64,000 nt of DNA from positions 107,820,001 through 107,884,000 of the forward strand of contig NC_045696.1 in assembly GCF_009834535.1 (NCBI RefSeq), written 5' to 3'. The translations under genes were made by a program, and so were the position numbers. Positions 13,001-26,294 of this stretch are shown here, piece by piece. Positions within the stretch are counted from its first letter, which is position 1. Every line of letters begins with the position of its first letter. The DNA is from Camelus ferus. Taxonomy: Eukaryota. A model generated the notes under the pieces. It saw only the letters and a list, made by a program, of their open reading frames with translations, was not told the origin of the DNA and made no database searches.

Positions 13001-14640
13001 TTCCAATCGGAAGACTTTTAATGACTTTTTCTTGCCTTACAGCACAGGACAGGAACCTCAGTTAAAATGCTGAGTAGAAATGGTGAAGAGAAACATTCTT
13101 GCCTTGTTCCTAATCTTAGCAGGAAGGCGTTCAGTTTTTCATCATAAGTATGATGTTAATTATAGATGCCTTTTATCAGGTTAAGGAAGTTCCCTTCTAT
13201 CCTTACTTGGGTAAGAGTTACTGTGAATGGAAGCTGGATTTTGTCAAATGCTTTTTTTTTTTCTTTCTATAGAAATGATCATGTGGTTTTTTTTTTTTGT
13301 CTTTTATTATACTACATTAACAGATTTTCAGACGGTAAGCCAGCCTTCCCTTCCTGGGGTAAACCCCACTTAGAGTGTATAATCTTTTTTATATGTTGCT
13401 GGATTTGTATGCTAATATTTTGTAAGAAGTTTTATATTGATGTCCATGGGGGATACTGGCTTGTAGTTTTCATTCCTTGTGACATCTCTGTCTTGCTCTG
13501 GTATCAGAGTAATACTGTCTTTCTAAAAATAAGTTTAGAAGTGTTCCCTCCTACTATTATTTTCTGAAAGTAGTCATGGAAGATTGGTATTATTTTTCTC
13601 CTTAAACGTTTGACAGAACTTAACCATTGAAACTATCTGGACCTGGACTTTGGGGGGAAAACTTTTAATAACTTATTCAGTATGTTTACTTGATATAGCC
13701 TATTCTGATTTTCTGTTTCTTCTTGAGCCAGTTTTGGTAATTTGAGTTTTTCTAGATTATGTCCCATATCATCTAAGATGTGTAATTTATTGGGATAAAG
13801 TTGTTCACAATATTCCGTTACACTTATTTTAATCTCTGTAGTATCTATAGTGATGCATCCTCCTTCATTCCTGTCTCTTTTTCCCCCCTCCTTGGTCTAG
13901 CTAAAACTTTATCTTTTTTTTTTTTTAAAGCTTTCCAAAGAACCAACTTTTAGTTTCATCAGTTCTTTGATATTGTTTTCCTATTATCTATTTCATGGAT
14001 TTCTACTCTGATCTTTATTATTTCCTTCTTTCTACTTATTTTGGGTTTGGTTAGCTCTTCCTTTCTCTACCTTTTTAAGGTGGAAGATGATATTATTGAT
14101 GTTAGACCTGAGCCATAAATATTCCTCTAAGCACTGCTTTAACTGCATCCCACACATTTTCTTTTATTTTCATTCATTTCAAAACATTAAACTTCCCTGC
14201 AGTGCCTTCTTTGACCCATGTGTCTTTAGAAATGTATTATTTAATTTCCAAATATTTTGGGGTTCCCAGATTCCTTTCTGTTACTGATGGATGTTTAATT
14301 TAATTCTACTATGGTCAGCCAACATACTTTATATTACTGTAATCCATCAGAATTTATTGAATCTTATTTTATTCACCTAACGTATGGTCTGTTCTGAAGA
14401 AGTTCCATGTGCACTTGAGAAAAATGTGTATTTTGCTGCTGTTTTGTGGAGTGTATATATTGACTAGATCAAATACACTGTGTTGTTCAAGTCTTCTGTA
14501 TCCTTACTGATTGTCTCTAGCTCTATCAATTACTGTAAGAGGTGTGTTGAAATCTCCAACTGTAATTGTTGAATTGTCTGGCAATTTTTGTTTTCTGTAT
14601 TTTGAGCCTCTGTGGTTAAGTACAAATACATTTAAAATTG
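10020..14640 (-). mobile_element. Old L1 (L1M-type) 3' UTR/ORF2 remnants, nested
   Basis: Antisense L1 motifs GGATTATTTCCAGTTTGGGGCT, GGAGTGGAATTGCTG, TTAAGGAAGTTCCCTTCTAT, GTGTTGAAATCTCCAACT; ORF 11700..11969 resembles the ORF2 C-terminus. Confidence 0.85.
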
Positions 14641-15463
14641 TTACATTGGGCCATTACATTTTAATTGTTGGAGAAGTAGGAATTTTCATTATGACTTCCA
14701 GGGTGAAATTCATGTTCTTGACCTTGAAGAATTTATGAAAGAATTTATGAAAGAACATTACTCAACCCAATTCCTCTGCTTTTTGTTTGTGATACAGAAT
14801 TTGTCACTTTTTAAAAAATATACTCAAACCTATAAATAATTTCCTTATAAATTTCTCCTCTCACTTTTTTGCTTTTAAAGTCTTTTAGGCATGCAGATAT
14901 TAGTTGAATATGTACTTTTTTTCACCCACCAACATTTTACTGATGAGTTAGCCTTTTCTCGACACATTTAAGACTATCTTTATCATATACTACATTGCTA
15001 TACATAAATCTTCTGTTTTGGTGTGGATACTATACTGAATTTAATTACTATGGCTTTGTAAGTACACTTTTCTCTGTGCCCTACCATACCTTTGTTTCTT
15101 TTCAAAACTCACTGCTATTCTTTTGTATTTATTATTCAATGTGAGTTTTAGAATTAGTTGAACAAATTCTACAACATATTTTGGGGGATTATATCAAATT
15201 AATAAATTAATTTTAACATGGGGAATGATCTTTATAACTTTTAGTGGAATTTTACTATGTTTTCTTCATATATATTTTAAGTCATTTTTTCTTGATATCA
15301 CAAATAGGATTTTTTCCTATTATATTTTTAACTGATTATTTCTCAGGTATGGGATTAATACCCTTTACCCATTAAGGAGGTGCTCTTCTTAAGTTTGCTT
15401 AGTTTTATGATTTTTTTTCCAAACCAGAAAATATATTAAATTCTATCAAATGCCTTCAAAGAA

Positions 15464-15470
<7 letters not shown>

Positions 15471-15502
<32 letters not shown>
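15471..15502. repeat. (AT)16 microsatellite
   Basis: Direct read. Confidence 0.95.
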
Positions 15503-15505
<3 letters not shown>

Positions 15506-15624
15506 CTCTTTTAGTCTTTTAATGACAGATTTTGTAAAGTTGAACCACTATTGCAATCTTGGGATAAAACTCACTTATTTGTGTTACATTCTTTTTTCTG
15601 TATTGGTAGATTTGACAAATTAGT

Positions 15625-15742
15625 CTTCTGTAGTTCAGTTTTAATATCTGTAAATTAGGGATAACAGCATCTACAAAGTAGGGTTTTTGTGAGCACCCAC
15701 TGAATTAAAATACTTAGAATAGTGCTTGGCACATGGTATGCT
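15625..15742 (+). mobile_element. MIR 3' fragment
   Basis: TCAGTTTTAATATCTGTAAATTAGGGATAAC...TACTTAGAATAGTGCTTGGCACATGGTA. Confidence 0.7.
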
Positions 15743-16689
15743 TTGTGGATATGTGTGTATAAATTCATAGATTTATTTTTGTTTAAATATAGTTGTTTAA
15801 CTTCTTCCTCTCATGTACTTTATTTGGGTGTATTTTGTCATCCTTTTTTCATGCCTCTTGAGATGATAGCCTAATTCATTTATTTCAGTCTACAGTTACA
15901 AATTTCTCCTTGTCTGTATCCTGTAAATTTTAATAAATATAATGCTTTCATTGCCTGGTTCTAAAAAAACTGTAATTTGTATTTTGACTTGCTCTTTAGC
16001 TTAAGTTGCTTTAAAATATATTTAAGTTTTCAAAATTTTATTTTTAACTTTCTAGATATGTGCATTTTTGTTGTTGTAAACTTCAGGTTGTATTTTAAAT
16101 AACAAGTGTGGCCTGTATGCTAGTAATTAAAAAAAAAGATGGCAGTTTCCTTTGTGCCTTAATAAACTGGCACTTTTATGATGGTTCCATGTGTACTTGT
16201 TGGGTACCAAGTATGAAAGCTTACTAATTCCATATTCTTTCTTTATTTTTTGGCCTATTTGATTTGCTGGTTTTTATACAACTATGGATCTGTCCATTTT
16301 TCCTTGTATTTCTATCAGATTTGTTTTATGTACTGCATAAGGTTCATAACTTATTTTCATGGCCAACTATTGAAATACTGGTAAGTTTCTTTTAAAGCTT
16401 TCAATTCTGTTTGTCTCATTAACATTACTATACCTAATTTCTTGTTACTACTCATGTGACAGTTACCTCTGTGTGAGGTATGATTCTAGAGAATAGTGTC
16501 TAGTTGGATTTTTAATCCATTCTGAGTTTTGTGCTTCACACTAAATCTGGACTTACTCTGGCCATTTATTTTGTACTGTCTTTGTCTTTTTGTTGCCTTT
16601 CTTCCTGTAGTGGATGTGTTCCTTTACCAGTATAGCATTGCCCTGTTTTCCTGGCCATATTGGCAAATCTCCCAGATCTTCCTTGGTAA

Positions 16690-17082
16690 AACGTATGGTT
16701 TGGATGAACTTGACTCCTGTCCACGCTTAGTTCCAGGCCTGACTCCTTCAGGAGTTAGTTCAGGGACTGGACCTAAACCAAGCCAGTTAGAGCCAACACA
16801 AATCCTGGGCTTTTGCTGGATCTGGTGGGAAAGGGGTTTTTGCTTTTATTAGAACCTGAAGCTCTTAGGTGATCATCTTGCCACCACATATTAAAAACTA
16901 GCTGGAGAGTGAAAGAATGAAAGAAAAGCATTATGAAGGAGATAAAGTCTGTCTCTAAAGTCAGTAATACCCCTAGACTTTCCAGTTCTATAAGCCAATA
17001 ATTTCTTTTTTGCTTTGCTTTTTTTCCCTTATGCCAATTGGAGGTAAAATTCCTTCTCACCAAAAGAAAACTGATTAGCACA
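16690..17082 (+). mobile_element. ERVL solo LTR, LTR16-like
   Basis: TTCAGGGACTGGACCTAAACCAAGCCAGTTAGAG, CCCTAGACTTTCCAGTT...AGCCAATAA, terminal CTGATTAGCACA. Confidence 0.5.
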
Positions 17083-17645
17083 CTTGTCTTTTGGTAGGTT
17101 GAGTTTTCTTTATACAAAATTTTCCCAGTTAATAGTCTTGTCTTTGGACCTTAAAATTTTAAGATGTACTTTAACTCTAGTCATTGTTAGAAAAATGTAC
17201 GTTTATCAGTGTACGCTCCACTCTAATACAGTCATAGCATATTATCTTGACCGTCTTTTACACTCCCTGTTAATAGTATTTATAGTCAATACTTACCTAG
17301 TTCCAAGAATAAATTTTTATTAATTTTGTTGCTCATGATTGCTTCTTGCATCCCACTAATCCTCTAGGATCTGTTTACCTTCTTGCTGAAGAATATCCTT
17401 TAATATTTCTTTTAGAGACAGTCTGTGGGTGGTAAACATTTTACATCTCTGAATGCCTGAAAATGTCTTTATTTGCTTCACACTTAAATAGGAACAGAAT
17501 TCAAGGTTCAAAGTTATTTTCTTTGCAGTATGTCAATGAAATGCTCCATTTCTTTTTGTTTTTACTTTATGGGTAATTCTTTTTTTCCCCTCTCTGGTAG
17601 CTTTTCAGTTCTCTGTTTCTTATGTTCTGAAATTTCACTCTAGCG

Positions 17646-17971
17646 CAGGGATTGGGAAACTACAATCTATGGACCACGTCTGTCTCACCACCTGTTTTTG
17701 GTACAGCCCATGAGCTAAGAATAGTTTTACCTTTCTAAATTTGGGGGAAAAAAATCAAAAGAAGACTATTCCATGACACGTGAAAATGATCTGAAGTTAG
17801 TATCTCAGTGTCTGTTATTAAAATTTTATTGGAACATAGCCACATTCATTTGCTTACATATTATCTATGGCTACGTTCACACAACAATGGCAGAGCTAAG
17901 TTATTGTGACAGAGAACTGCAAAGTCTGAAATATTTACTACCTGGCCAGAAAAAAAATGTGCTAATTCCTG
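17646..17971. mobile_element. MER58B-like hAT-Charlie MITE
   Basis: CAGGGATTGGGAAACTAC...TGTGCTAATTCCTG termini; GAGCTAAGAATAGTTTTAC and TTTTATTGGAACATAGCCAC motifs. Confidence 0.8.
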
Positions 17972-20313
17972 TTTCTGTGTTTGTTTTTATTTGTTTAAAC
18001 AATAAAAATTCTGGGAATTTTCTGGATATCATTTCTACTGGTTTCTTTAAGGACTTCTTATTCCTGTATCACAATCAATATTCCAAATCAAAAACTTTTC
18101 AGATGTATCCATTTTATTATTCAGCCCAATGATTGTGTTTCTTCACTGAAATTTTTTTCTTTTCATTTCCAAAATACTGGCCAGTCTTGCTTCAAAAGTA
18201 TAATATTCTCTTCTGTCTCTAAAAATAGTAAATATACCCATTTTGATGTCTTGTTCTGATTGCTGTACTGAGTCTCCTTCCAAGGTTGAAAGTTCTTCCA
18301 TTTGTTGAATATTTTACTGGTCAACTGTTTGATATTTGTCCTCTTTACTACATAGTAGAGAACAGACTCTTGCCTCTGTGTACACTGGCTGCTTGGGAGG
18401 GAGCAATATCGGATGGCTCGTGTTTTCCATGAGAATGAGGGGACACATGGCCCATGTTGCTCCAAGATCCCATACTCGCTGCTTTTGTCTTTCCTTTAGG
18501 GGTAGGACGGGATGGATAGGGTTCGACATGCCTGGATGCTTCTTTTGGTTTCTGTCTTGCTCTTGGTTTTAGTCAAACTAAGGTATGGATCACCCTAAGT
18601 GCTGCTCCCTTTATCTGTGGCAAACTGCATGCTCCTGCACAGAACCTAAGCTCTGGCTCCCTCTTCAATCTGATTCCAGCTGCTTTCCCTCTTTCAGTCC
18701 ACTAAAAGTTTCTCTTCTTATTAAGTGGTGTGCTTGTTCTTATTTTTCTATGGTATGGAAGGCAGAAAACTACAGGGTGCCTTGTTTACCTCCTTGAAAT
18801 GAGAAGCTAGTCTGTACTATTGTTATTTTTTAGAAGTCCACTGAAGTTTTATTTGTGGCCTGATGCATATTTTATAAATGACCCGTGGTCTATAAACCAC
18901 AAAGGTATCTATTTTCAGGGACTATTTTTACTATGACTATAAATAATAGGTTTCAGTTTCTCCCTTTTGTCTTTTCAGAGTTTTTGCTTCAAAAATTAAT
19001 GTTATCAGGACAGTTTTTTGGGGGGGGAGTGTTCAGTCTTTTTATATTCAACTTTTGTTGTCATTCCATAATTGGATCCTTTTCCTTTTAATAAGTGAAT
19101 TTGTTCCATTTACATTCACTGATCTAAAAGTATTTGTCTTATTCTGTCATCTTAATTTATGCTGTATGGTCTGTGTTTTTCTTTATTGTGTGTACACGTT
19201 TTCTGATTAAATGAATTAGAGTATTGAGAATCTGGCTTTGGTGTTTCAAGTGTTTATTTTAATTAAACCTTCAGCGTACCAGCTTTAGAGGACAGCTGTT
19301 GAGTCCCTGTTTATAAAACTCACACATATATTTTTTTTCTCCCTTCGAATTCTCAATTTTAAATTGTTATTTCTAGGCTGTTATACATGTATTTCTTCCC
19401 CCCTCTCTACATCCCACTTTTAGTTATATTATTTTTTCCAGAATATTCTGTTATGCTCTCTATCCTTTTATATTTATCTATCCTCTAAACTCAATTTAGA
19501 GGCATTGAATACTATCATTTCTTTTCCAGCACAGGTGCTCCATTTCTGGGCTCTTTATTTTGGTTCACCTCTTGGTTTTATGATTATGTCCTTTGTAAAG
19601 AAGAGATCACAAGTGCTATATTCTTTCCACTTCTTACATGTTTGAAAATATCCATTTGTGTTTTCATGTTTGAATGTCATCTTGGGTTGGTATAAAATTT
19701 GGGGGGCATAGAATTTCTTTCTCTGAGACAAAGTTGAACTATTGTTTCATGATCTTCCAGTATTCATTTTTACTGTGGCAGTATCTGAGGCAAGGCTGAT
19801 TTTTTTTCCCCTCTTGTCTGGTAACTTGCATTTTTTAAACATGGAAAAAGCCTCCAAAGTAAACTTTTATTTATCTTTGAATTCTGTTAAATTCACCACA
19901 CATCTACGGGGTCAGTCATTATCAGTATTTCCTGGATATGGTGTGACTTCTGACCTTTCAGATTCAGGTCCTCTTTTATTTCAAAAAAGCTCTTCTATTA
20001 TCTTTGAATATTTTTTTTCTATTTCATTTGCTCTGTTGTCTAAGACATATAAGGTAGATCCTTTTTGTTTTCCTTATATATACCTAATTTTCTTTCTGAG
20101 ACTTTATTTTGTTCTTTTCTATTCAGTTTTACTTGATCTTTCAAAGTCTTCTTTTACATCCCTATTTTTTCTTCGATAGCCAAGAAGTATACATCCACAA
20201 AGTGGTTTTTAATGGTTACATGGGATTGCACTGTGTACATGTAGGGCAATTTTGCTAATCCGATACTAAGATTGCCTCCAGTTTTCACTATTATAACATC
20301 TACACATGTTCTT

Positions 20314-20459
20314 TTTTTAAATAAGACTAAAAATTTGTTTTTGTTTTTGGAGGGGGAGGGAATTAAGTTTGTTTGTTTTTTAATGGAGGCACTGGGGATT
20401 GAACCCAAGACTTTATGCATGCTAAGCGTGTGTGCTACCACTGAGCTATACCCTCCCCC
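20314..20459 (-). mobile_element. tRNA-derived SINE (camelid Vic-1-like) with TSD
   Basis: Reverse complement reads GGGGGAGGGTATAGCTCAGTGGTAG (A box)...GGGTTCAATCCCCAGTGCCTCCA (B box) plus an A-rich tail; TSD TACACATGTTCTT (20301-20313)/TACAAATGTTCTT (20461-20473). Confidence 0.85.
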
Positions 20460-20819
20460 TTACAAATGTTCTTAACAGTAGTGATATTGCTTTGTAAAGT
20501 TAGTAACCTCACCCCAATTCCTACTAATGAAACTCAGTGCCCAAACACTTTAAATATATCACACCTGTGAATCCACTTGCCTTTCTTCTTCTGATGCAGT
20601 CAGACTTAAGATAATCAATGAATGATGAATGATTTTAAGGGTTTTCTACAGGTCTTTGATCCCAGTTTTGTGGCTAAGCATATTAGGGAAATCTCTGGAT
20701 TAAAAAGTGGTTTGGTGGTGGCTTCTTCAGTACTCTCAGAAAAGACACTTAGGACTTAACGGTAGGGGTGAAAATGGTACAGTCTCTAAGGAGGACTAGT
20801 TGACATTATCTGCTGAGCT

Positions 20820-21310
20820 GGGTGTTTCTGTTTATCCCTCTAGAGCTACTCTTCCCCTAGCTCTAAGCCCCAGGAGGCTGACCCAAATGGACCACACCAT
20901 TGTGCTCTCGTGTCTTCTGGTTGGAAGCCAATGGGGAGCACATACAGGATACTGAAGGATACAAGGACAATGAAACTGGCTATTTGTTCTAGTAGCTGTC
21001 TCTCAGCTGGGTTGCCACACGTTGGCTAAATCCTGAACTGCAGATCATAAGCCCTGTCATGTGACCCTCTCCATACAGCTACTCTCTCTGTGTTCTGGGG
21101 ATGGTTTCATCTCCCTGTCCTTTTGGGCTTACGGAGGGAAATGGTTCCCCACCATTGCTAGTTTGGGTGTCTGCATCATTTCTCGTTGGTTTCTCCAAAG
21201 TCCTCCTATGTCTTTGCAAGTTTGCTATCTGTTTGCTATACTTCTAGAAATTTATCCCACATTTGCATAAAATGACACATATATAAGATTATTCTGTATT
21301 TCACTAATAG
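20820..21310 (+). mobile_element. ERVL solo LTR, LTR33-like
   Basis: GCCAATGGGGAGCA, CCCTCTCCATACAGCTACTCTCTCTG and CCATTGCTAG...CATCATTTCTCGTTGGTTTC motifs. Confidence 0.65.
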
Positions 21311-21599
21311 TGAAATTAGAAATATAATGTCCATGAACAGAGGAATGCAAAATAATGGTATAACTATACAGTGGAATATTATGCAGCTATAAAAACTTAC
21401 CACATTAATTGAATATATTAATGGAATAATCTCCAATTTATTGGTTTGTTTTTCCCTCCAACTTTCAGTTATTCTTTTATTAATTTTTTTCATTCATGCA
21501 GGGCCCCCAAAATATTTGTGATGCCTCATTTATACCTAAGTGATTATTAAAAACAAGTATTTGGTTCACCATATTGTTCTCCCAACCTTTGTTGTTGTG

Positions 21600-21895
21600 G
21601 TTTTCAGCTTTATTGAAGTTTGATACAAAAAAACTGTGCCCATTTAATGAATTCATCTTGATGAATTCAGACATATGCATGCATCTGTAATATCATTTCC
21701 ACAACCAAGGCACTAAACTTAGCCACTACCTCCAAACATTTCTTTGTGTTCTTTTTTTTCTTTTGTAGGAACACTTAACATGAGCTCTATCTTTTTAACA
21801 TATTTTAAAGTGCATGATACCATATTTTAACCATAGGTACTATACTGTATAGCACGTCTCTAGGACTTATTCAGCTTGTATAACATAAACTTTAC
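21600..21895 (-). mobile_element. L1 3' end nested in an older + strand L1ME remnant (~21330-22150)
   Basis: CAGCTTTATTGAAG...GAACACTTAACATGAGCTCTATC...CCATAGGTACTATACTGTATAGCA. Confidence 0.65.
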
Positions 21896-22808
21896 AAAAG
21901 TGGAAAAAGCAGGGAACCAAACAATGAGTCTGCTACCATATGTGTAAGAGAAAAAAGAAGTTAAAAGAATGTATATGTGCACTTGGTTTTACATATATAC
22001 TCACATGTATGTGTGTGTGTGAGGAGAGAGGATGTGGGGCAGAGAGGGAGAGAGTGCCTCTGGAAGGGCTCACAGGAGAATGGTAACAGTGGCTGCTTCT
22101 GGGGAGAACTGAGTGGTAGGAAGCCAACTATTTATTTGAATATTAAATCAAATGCATATACTGCCTATTCAGAAAACGCGTCACATTAATAACAAGGACT
22201 GAGAACCTGAGAAACAGTGACCAAGGAAGAACTAGAGGAGCTGCTACAGGAACCGCTAGAAGATGATGATAAGAGCCAGCGAATTCGAAAGTCACTGAGA
22301 TGTTCTAGGCAGTAAAAGTCATGGGCAGTTAAATTTCTTACCACGGTCCCTTTATGGAATTTTACCTTATTATAAATCTTCTGTAAAAGTCACTTCCTGT
22401 ACAGGGTTGAATGACAATACCATGTATGATACAGATTTGTTTTAAACATGATCATCTTTACTATTTGAAAGTAGTTCTTTGAGCTTCCTCCTGTATTTAC
22501 AGGGTTTCCCAACATCCCTAACAAAGTAGAATGACTGCACAATGATCTTAGTTTCCAATGAAAGGTCCAACTCCATTCAAGGAAATGGGACATGAGAAGG
22601 CTTTTCAGGAAATTAGTGAAGGAGGGAAGAGAAGACTGCTGGGGAAAACATTCATTCAATTAAAGCTGGTTCAAGTCACTCATTTTTATGATATTCAAAA
22701 ATGACAAAGATAGGAAAGGATTACAAGCTTGATTATTTAAGGTGGTCCTAATACCCCCTATAAGGTTACCCCTGTTAAAAAAGCTGTGCAAGACACAGGG
22801 AGACTCAC

Positions 22809-22915
22809 CCTTCCTGGAACTGTGCTTGGGCAGACTCCTCCGCTACAAGGGTCTCATATTCCTCAGCAGCAAACCTGTCCCAGTCGGAGGGCTCAGGACC
22901 GTCGTTCTCAACGTC
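22809..22915 (-). CDS. PPP2R3A: PPP2R3A coding exon (exon 13), 107 nt, DVENDGPEPSDWDRFAAEEYETLVAEESAQAQFQE(G)
   Basis: Acceptor ATCAG|GAC, donor AGG|GTGAGT; phase 0-2. Confidence 0.97.
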
Positions 22916-23766
22916 CTGATTGGGAAGAGGTCAGTCACAGGAAACAAAAATAATCAGAGACAGAGAATTGGAGATAGGTCATCACAAATGTTTTAACATC
23001 ACTGAAGAAACCCCACCTGAAAGATGTTTCATTTAAACAAGTTAAAAGAAGTGCTAAAGTGATTTTCTGCACTTTCTACACTTTGAATCACAAAATTGTA
23101 AGGAATGGTTACAGCGAGACGGCTTAGGTTTAGACTCCAGCCTTGTAATCAGAGACTTCTCTGGCCCCTTCTCTCTGGCACTTTGCACAGCAGCTATCTG
23201 GAGTGACTTGTGGTTTGCATATATACCTGAAATGTACTGTCCCTTCCTCTGGCAAACCTTTACTGCTTCTTTCAAAGCCAGCTCAGATACCACGTCATCT
23301 GTGTTCTCTTCCTGGAAACAGCCCTTCTCCCCCCAGTCATTTCCTTCACTCCACTGTAGATGCTTGGTTGCCACCTTTTGCTCTTTTTTTCATCTCTCTC
23401 TGTACCCATCTTTTTCATCTCTGTATAACCAGTGTCTTCCACACACTGCCTGGAATTTGCTGAGCACTTTCTAATAATCTTTGCAGATCAGAGCAAATAT
23501 TGATAATTACCACCTCTCAGAAAGAAAAGAAAAATTTAAAGGTGAAAAATTTAAAATATTTAACAAATAAAATTGAAGGGGGCAAAAGGGCATATGTATT
23601 TTCTTTTCCTTCTACAATATAGGCAGCATCTTGGATTTTATGTTCCAGGTAAAACGATGTTTTTTCATGACGAAGTTGAGTCAGCACTGCTATAGGACAT
23701 CAAGTTAGTTATGACACGAAGAATGCAAGTGCCTAAATATTGACCGCACAGTGTGTTAATTACTAT

Positions 23767-23904
23767 ATTTAATCTATTTTAAGAACTCCATCTTTTTAAC
23801 ATCTCTGAAATTGGTATGTATCTTAGACTTAAAATTGGCAATGTTTTTTTTTTCTTGCTTAAAGGTATATAAAATAATGGGATATATTAAACTCAATGAA
23901 ATAT
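23767..23904. mobile_element. MER104-like Tc2/mariner MITE remnant
   Basis: TTTTAACATCTCTGAAATTGG...TCTTA...ATTGGCA...TTTTCTT...AAAATAATGG. Confidence 0.5.
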
Positions 23905-24741
23905 AACACTGACTTTAGGCTAGCAATAATGCACCTTGATATGCTCCAAGGTCAGGTGCAGAGTACTTATTAGAAGCCGATCTTTGTATTCTTACTACTA
24001 TTTAGGTCAAAGTTATGCAACACGTGGAAGGCAAAAGACTGAAAAAGTTTCCTGTAGTTTTACTCCTATAGGACTCAACTGCAACAGTTCTTTTCTATCT
24101 ACACAGTTTTTACTTTTTAAACAGAGGAATAGACAGAGAAGTGGTGATATTCCACTTTTTGTTTGTTCGTGTTTTGGACATGGATTATATGTCCAGGTTT
24201 TCTGAGAGTCCCACAGATTTTCGTGGATGAGGAAGGGAGCTCACCTCTCTTCAGCAGTAGAATGACTTCAAACTGGTAGTCATGTACAGTGATCATTAAC
24301 ACCTGAAACAGTGTTACATTATCTGAAGGTTGTCTATCCAGGAGAGCACCTAGTTCTCATTATAATGGGGAAAGCTGTTTACCATGTCATCTCAGAATGG
24401 TGCAGTTAAGTCAAAACCAATACACTTTCTAATACAGATGTGCCTATTGACCTAGATTTTAAAAGTCAGAAAGACAAATATTTCAAAACTTTTCTTGTAA
24501 CTAGTTTCTGATGTATATGGAAGTACACAGACCCTACAGTTCACTGAATGATAGGCAAACACAGGTCACCTAAACCTGAGGATTCGCTCTGGGAAGAGAT
24601 GTGCTCTAGGTCCTTTTCTCTCTCTTCTCAGTGTGTGATGGAACTCTTTAAATACCAAGGCTCCTACACACAGAGACCATGACTGTTGCACAGAACCCCG
24701 ATGCTGCAGCCCTCAAACAGAAGTTAAAATTACACTGGTAC

Positions 24742-24860
24742 CTTCTGGACTGCAAAGGGATCTCTCTGTTCATGGTCTAAGTATTTCTCCAGGTTAAAGA
24801 AAGTGTCATAGAAGATGTGAGCCATCCTGCATCTCTTCAGGTCTCGCAGAGTTATTCTGC
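24742..24860 (-). CDS. PPP2R3A: PPP2R3A coding exon (exon 12), 119 nt, (G)RITLRDLKRCRMAHIFYDTFFNLEKYLDHEQRDPFAVQK
   Basis: ORF 24730..24942 contains it; acceptor TTTCACAG|GC, donor AAG|GTACCA; phase 1-0. Confidence 0.96.
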
Positions 24861-24969
24861 CTGTGAAAGAACAAAGCTGGTAAATTTCAAGAGCTGTTTT
24901 GGCAAGTGGAAAACTTCTACTCAAGTTTAAAAGTATATGCATATGCTTATTTTATTATAAAAATCCCAT

Positions 24970-25212
24970 TTCTTTTTTTTGAGGTAAAATTCACATAACA
25001 TAAAGTCCACCATTTTAACCATTTTAAAGGGTATTAATTTATTGGCTTTTAGTACATTCACAGTGTTGTGTAACCATCACCACTATCGTGTCCCATAGCA
25101 TTTTTCTTCGCCCCAAAAGGAAACTGTACCCATCAGGCAGTCCCACTCCATCTCCCCTTCCCTCTCCAACCCTTAGCCCCTGGCAATCACTAGTTTCCTT
25201 TCTGATTCTATT
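24970..25212 (-). mobile_element. L1MB-type 3' end
   Basis: TGAGGTAAAATTCACATAACATAAA...TTTAGTACATTCACAGTGTTGTGTAACCATCACCACT. Confidence 0.75.
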
Positions 25213-25230
25213 GGAAAAAGCCTTTTTCTT

Positions 25231-26294
25231 TTTTTTTAATTCTTATTTTTTTATTTAAGTGTAGTTAGTTTACAATGTTAGTTTCAGGTGTACAGCAAAG
25301 CAATTCAGTTATACATATGCATACATATAGATGTATTTTTCAGATTCTTTTCCATTATAGCTCATTGCAAGAAATTGAATATAGTTCCCTCTGCTACACA
25401 GTAGGTCCCTGTTGTTTATCTATTTAATATATAGTGATGTGCATCTGTTAATCCCAAACTCCTAGTTTATCCTTCTCCCCATTCCCCACCCTGATAACTA
25501 TAGTTTGTTTTCTATGTCTGTGAATCTATTTCTGGTTTGTAAATAAAATTTGTATCCTTTTTTATAGATTCCACATATAAGTGGAAGCATATGATATTTG
25601 TCTTTCTCTGTCTGACTTACTTTACTTAATATGATAATCTCTAGGTTCATTCATGTTGCTGCAAATGGCATTATTTCATTCTTCTTTATGGCTGAGTAAT
25701 ATTCCATTACACACCCACACACACACACACACACACCCACCCACCCACCCACCCCCCACATCTTCTTTATCCATTCATCTGTCGATGGGCATATAGGTTG
25801 TTTCCATGTCTTGGCTATTGTAAATAGTGCTTCTGTGAACACTGGGGTGCGTGTGTCTTTTTGAATTATAGTTTTCTTCAGATATATGCCCAGGAGTAGG
25901 ATTGTTGGATCATATGTTAAGTCTATATTTATTTTTTTAAGGAACCTTCATACTGTCCTCCATAGTGGCTGCACCAATTTAAATTCCCATCAACAATGTA
26001 GGAGGGTTCCTTTTTCTCCACACTCTCTCCAGCATTTATTATTTGTAGACTTTTCAATGATGGCCATTCTGACTGGTGCGAAGTGATACCTCACTGTAGT
26101 TTTGATGTGCATTTCCCTAATAATTAGCAATACTGGGATCTTTTCAAGTGCCTGTTGGCCACCTAGATGTCTTCTTTGGAGAAATGTCTATTTAGGTCTT
26201 CTGCCCAATTTTTTTATTGGGCTGCTTGTTTTTTATGTTATTGATTTGTAAGAGCTGTCTGTATATTCTGGAAATTAGTCGCTTGTTGGTTGCA
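25231..26294 (-). mobile_element. 5'-truncated L1 (about 1.06 kb) with an 18-bp TSD
   Basis: TSD GGAAAAAGCCTTTTTCTT (25213-25230)/GGAAAAAGCCTATTTCTT (26295-26312); ORF 25651..25842 is an ORF2 C-terminus (FTEALFTIAKTWKQPICPSTDEWIKKMW). Confidence 0.92.

Noticed and set aside
14727..14756. 12-bp tandem duplication AAGAATTTATGA
   Set aside because: Ordinary slippage duplication with no sign of function
20387..20459. tRNA gene (A and B boxes)
   Set aside because: It has a SINE tail and TSD and a degenerate stem, so it is a tRNA-derived SINE rather than a functional tRNA
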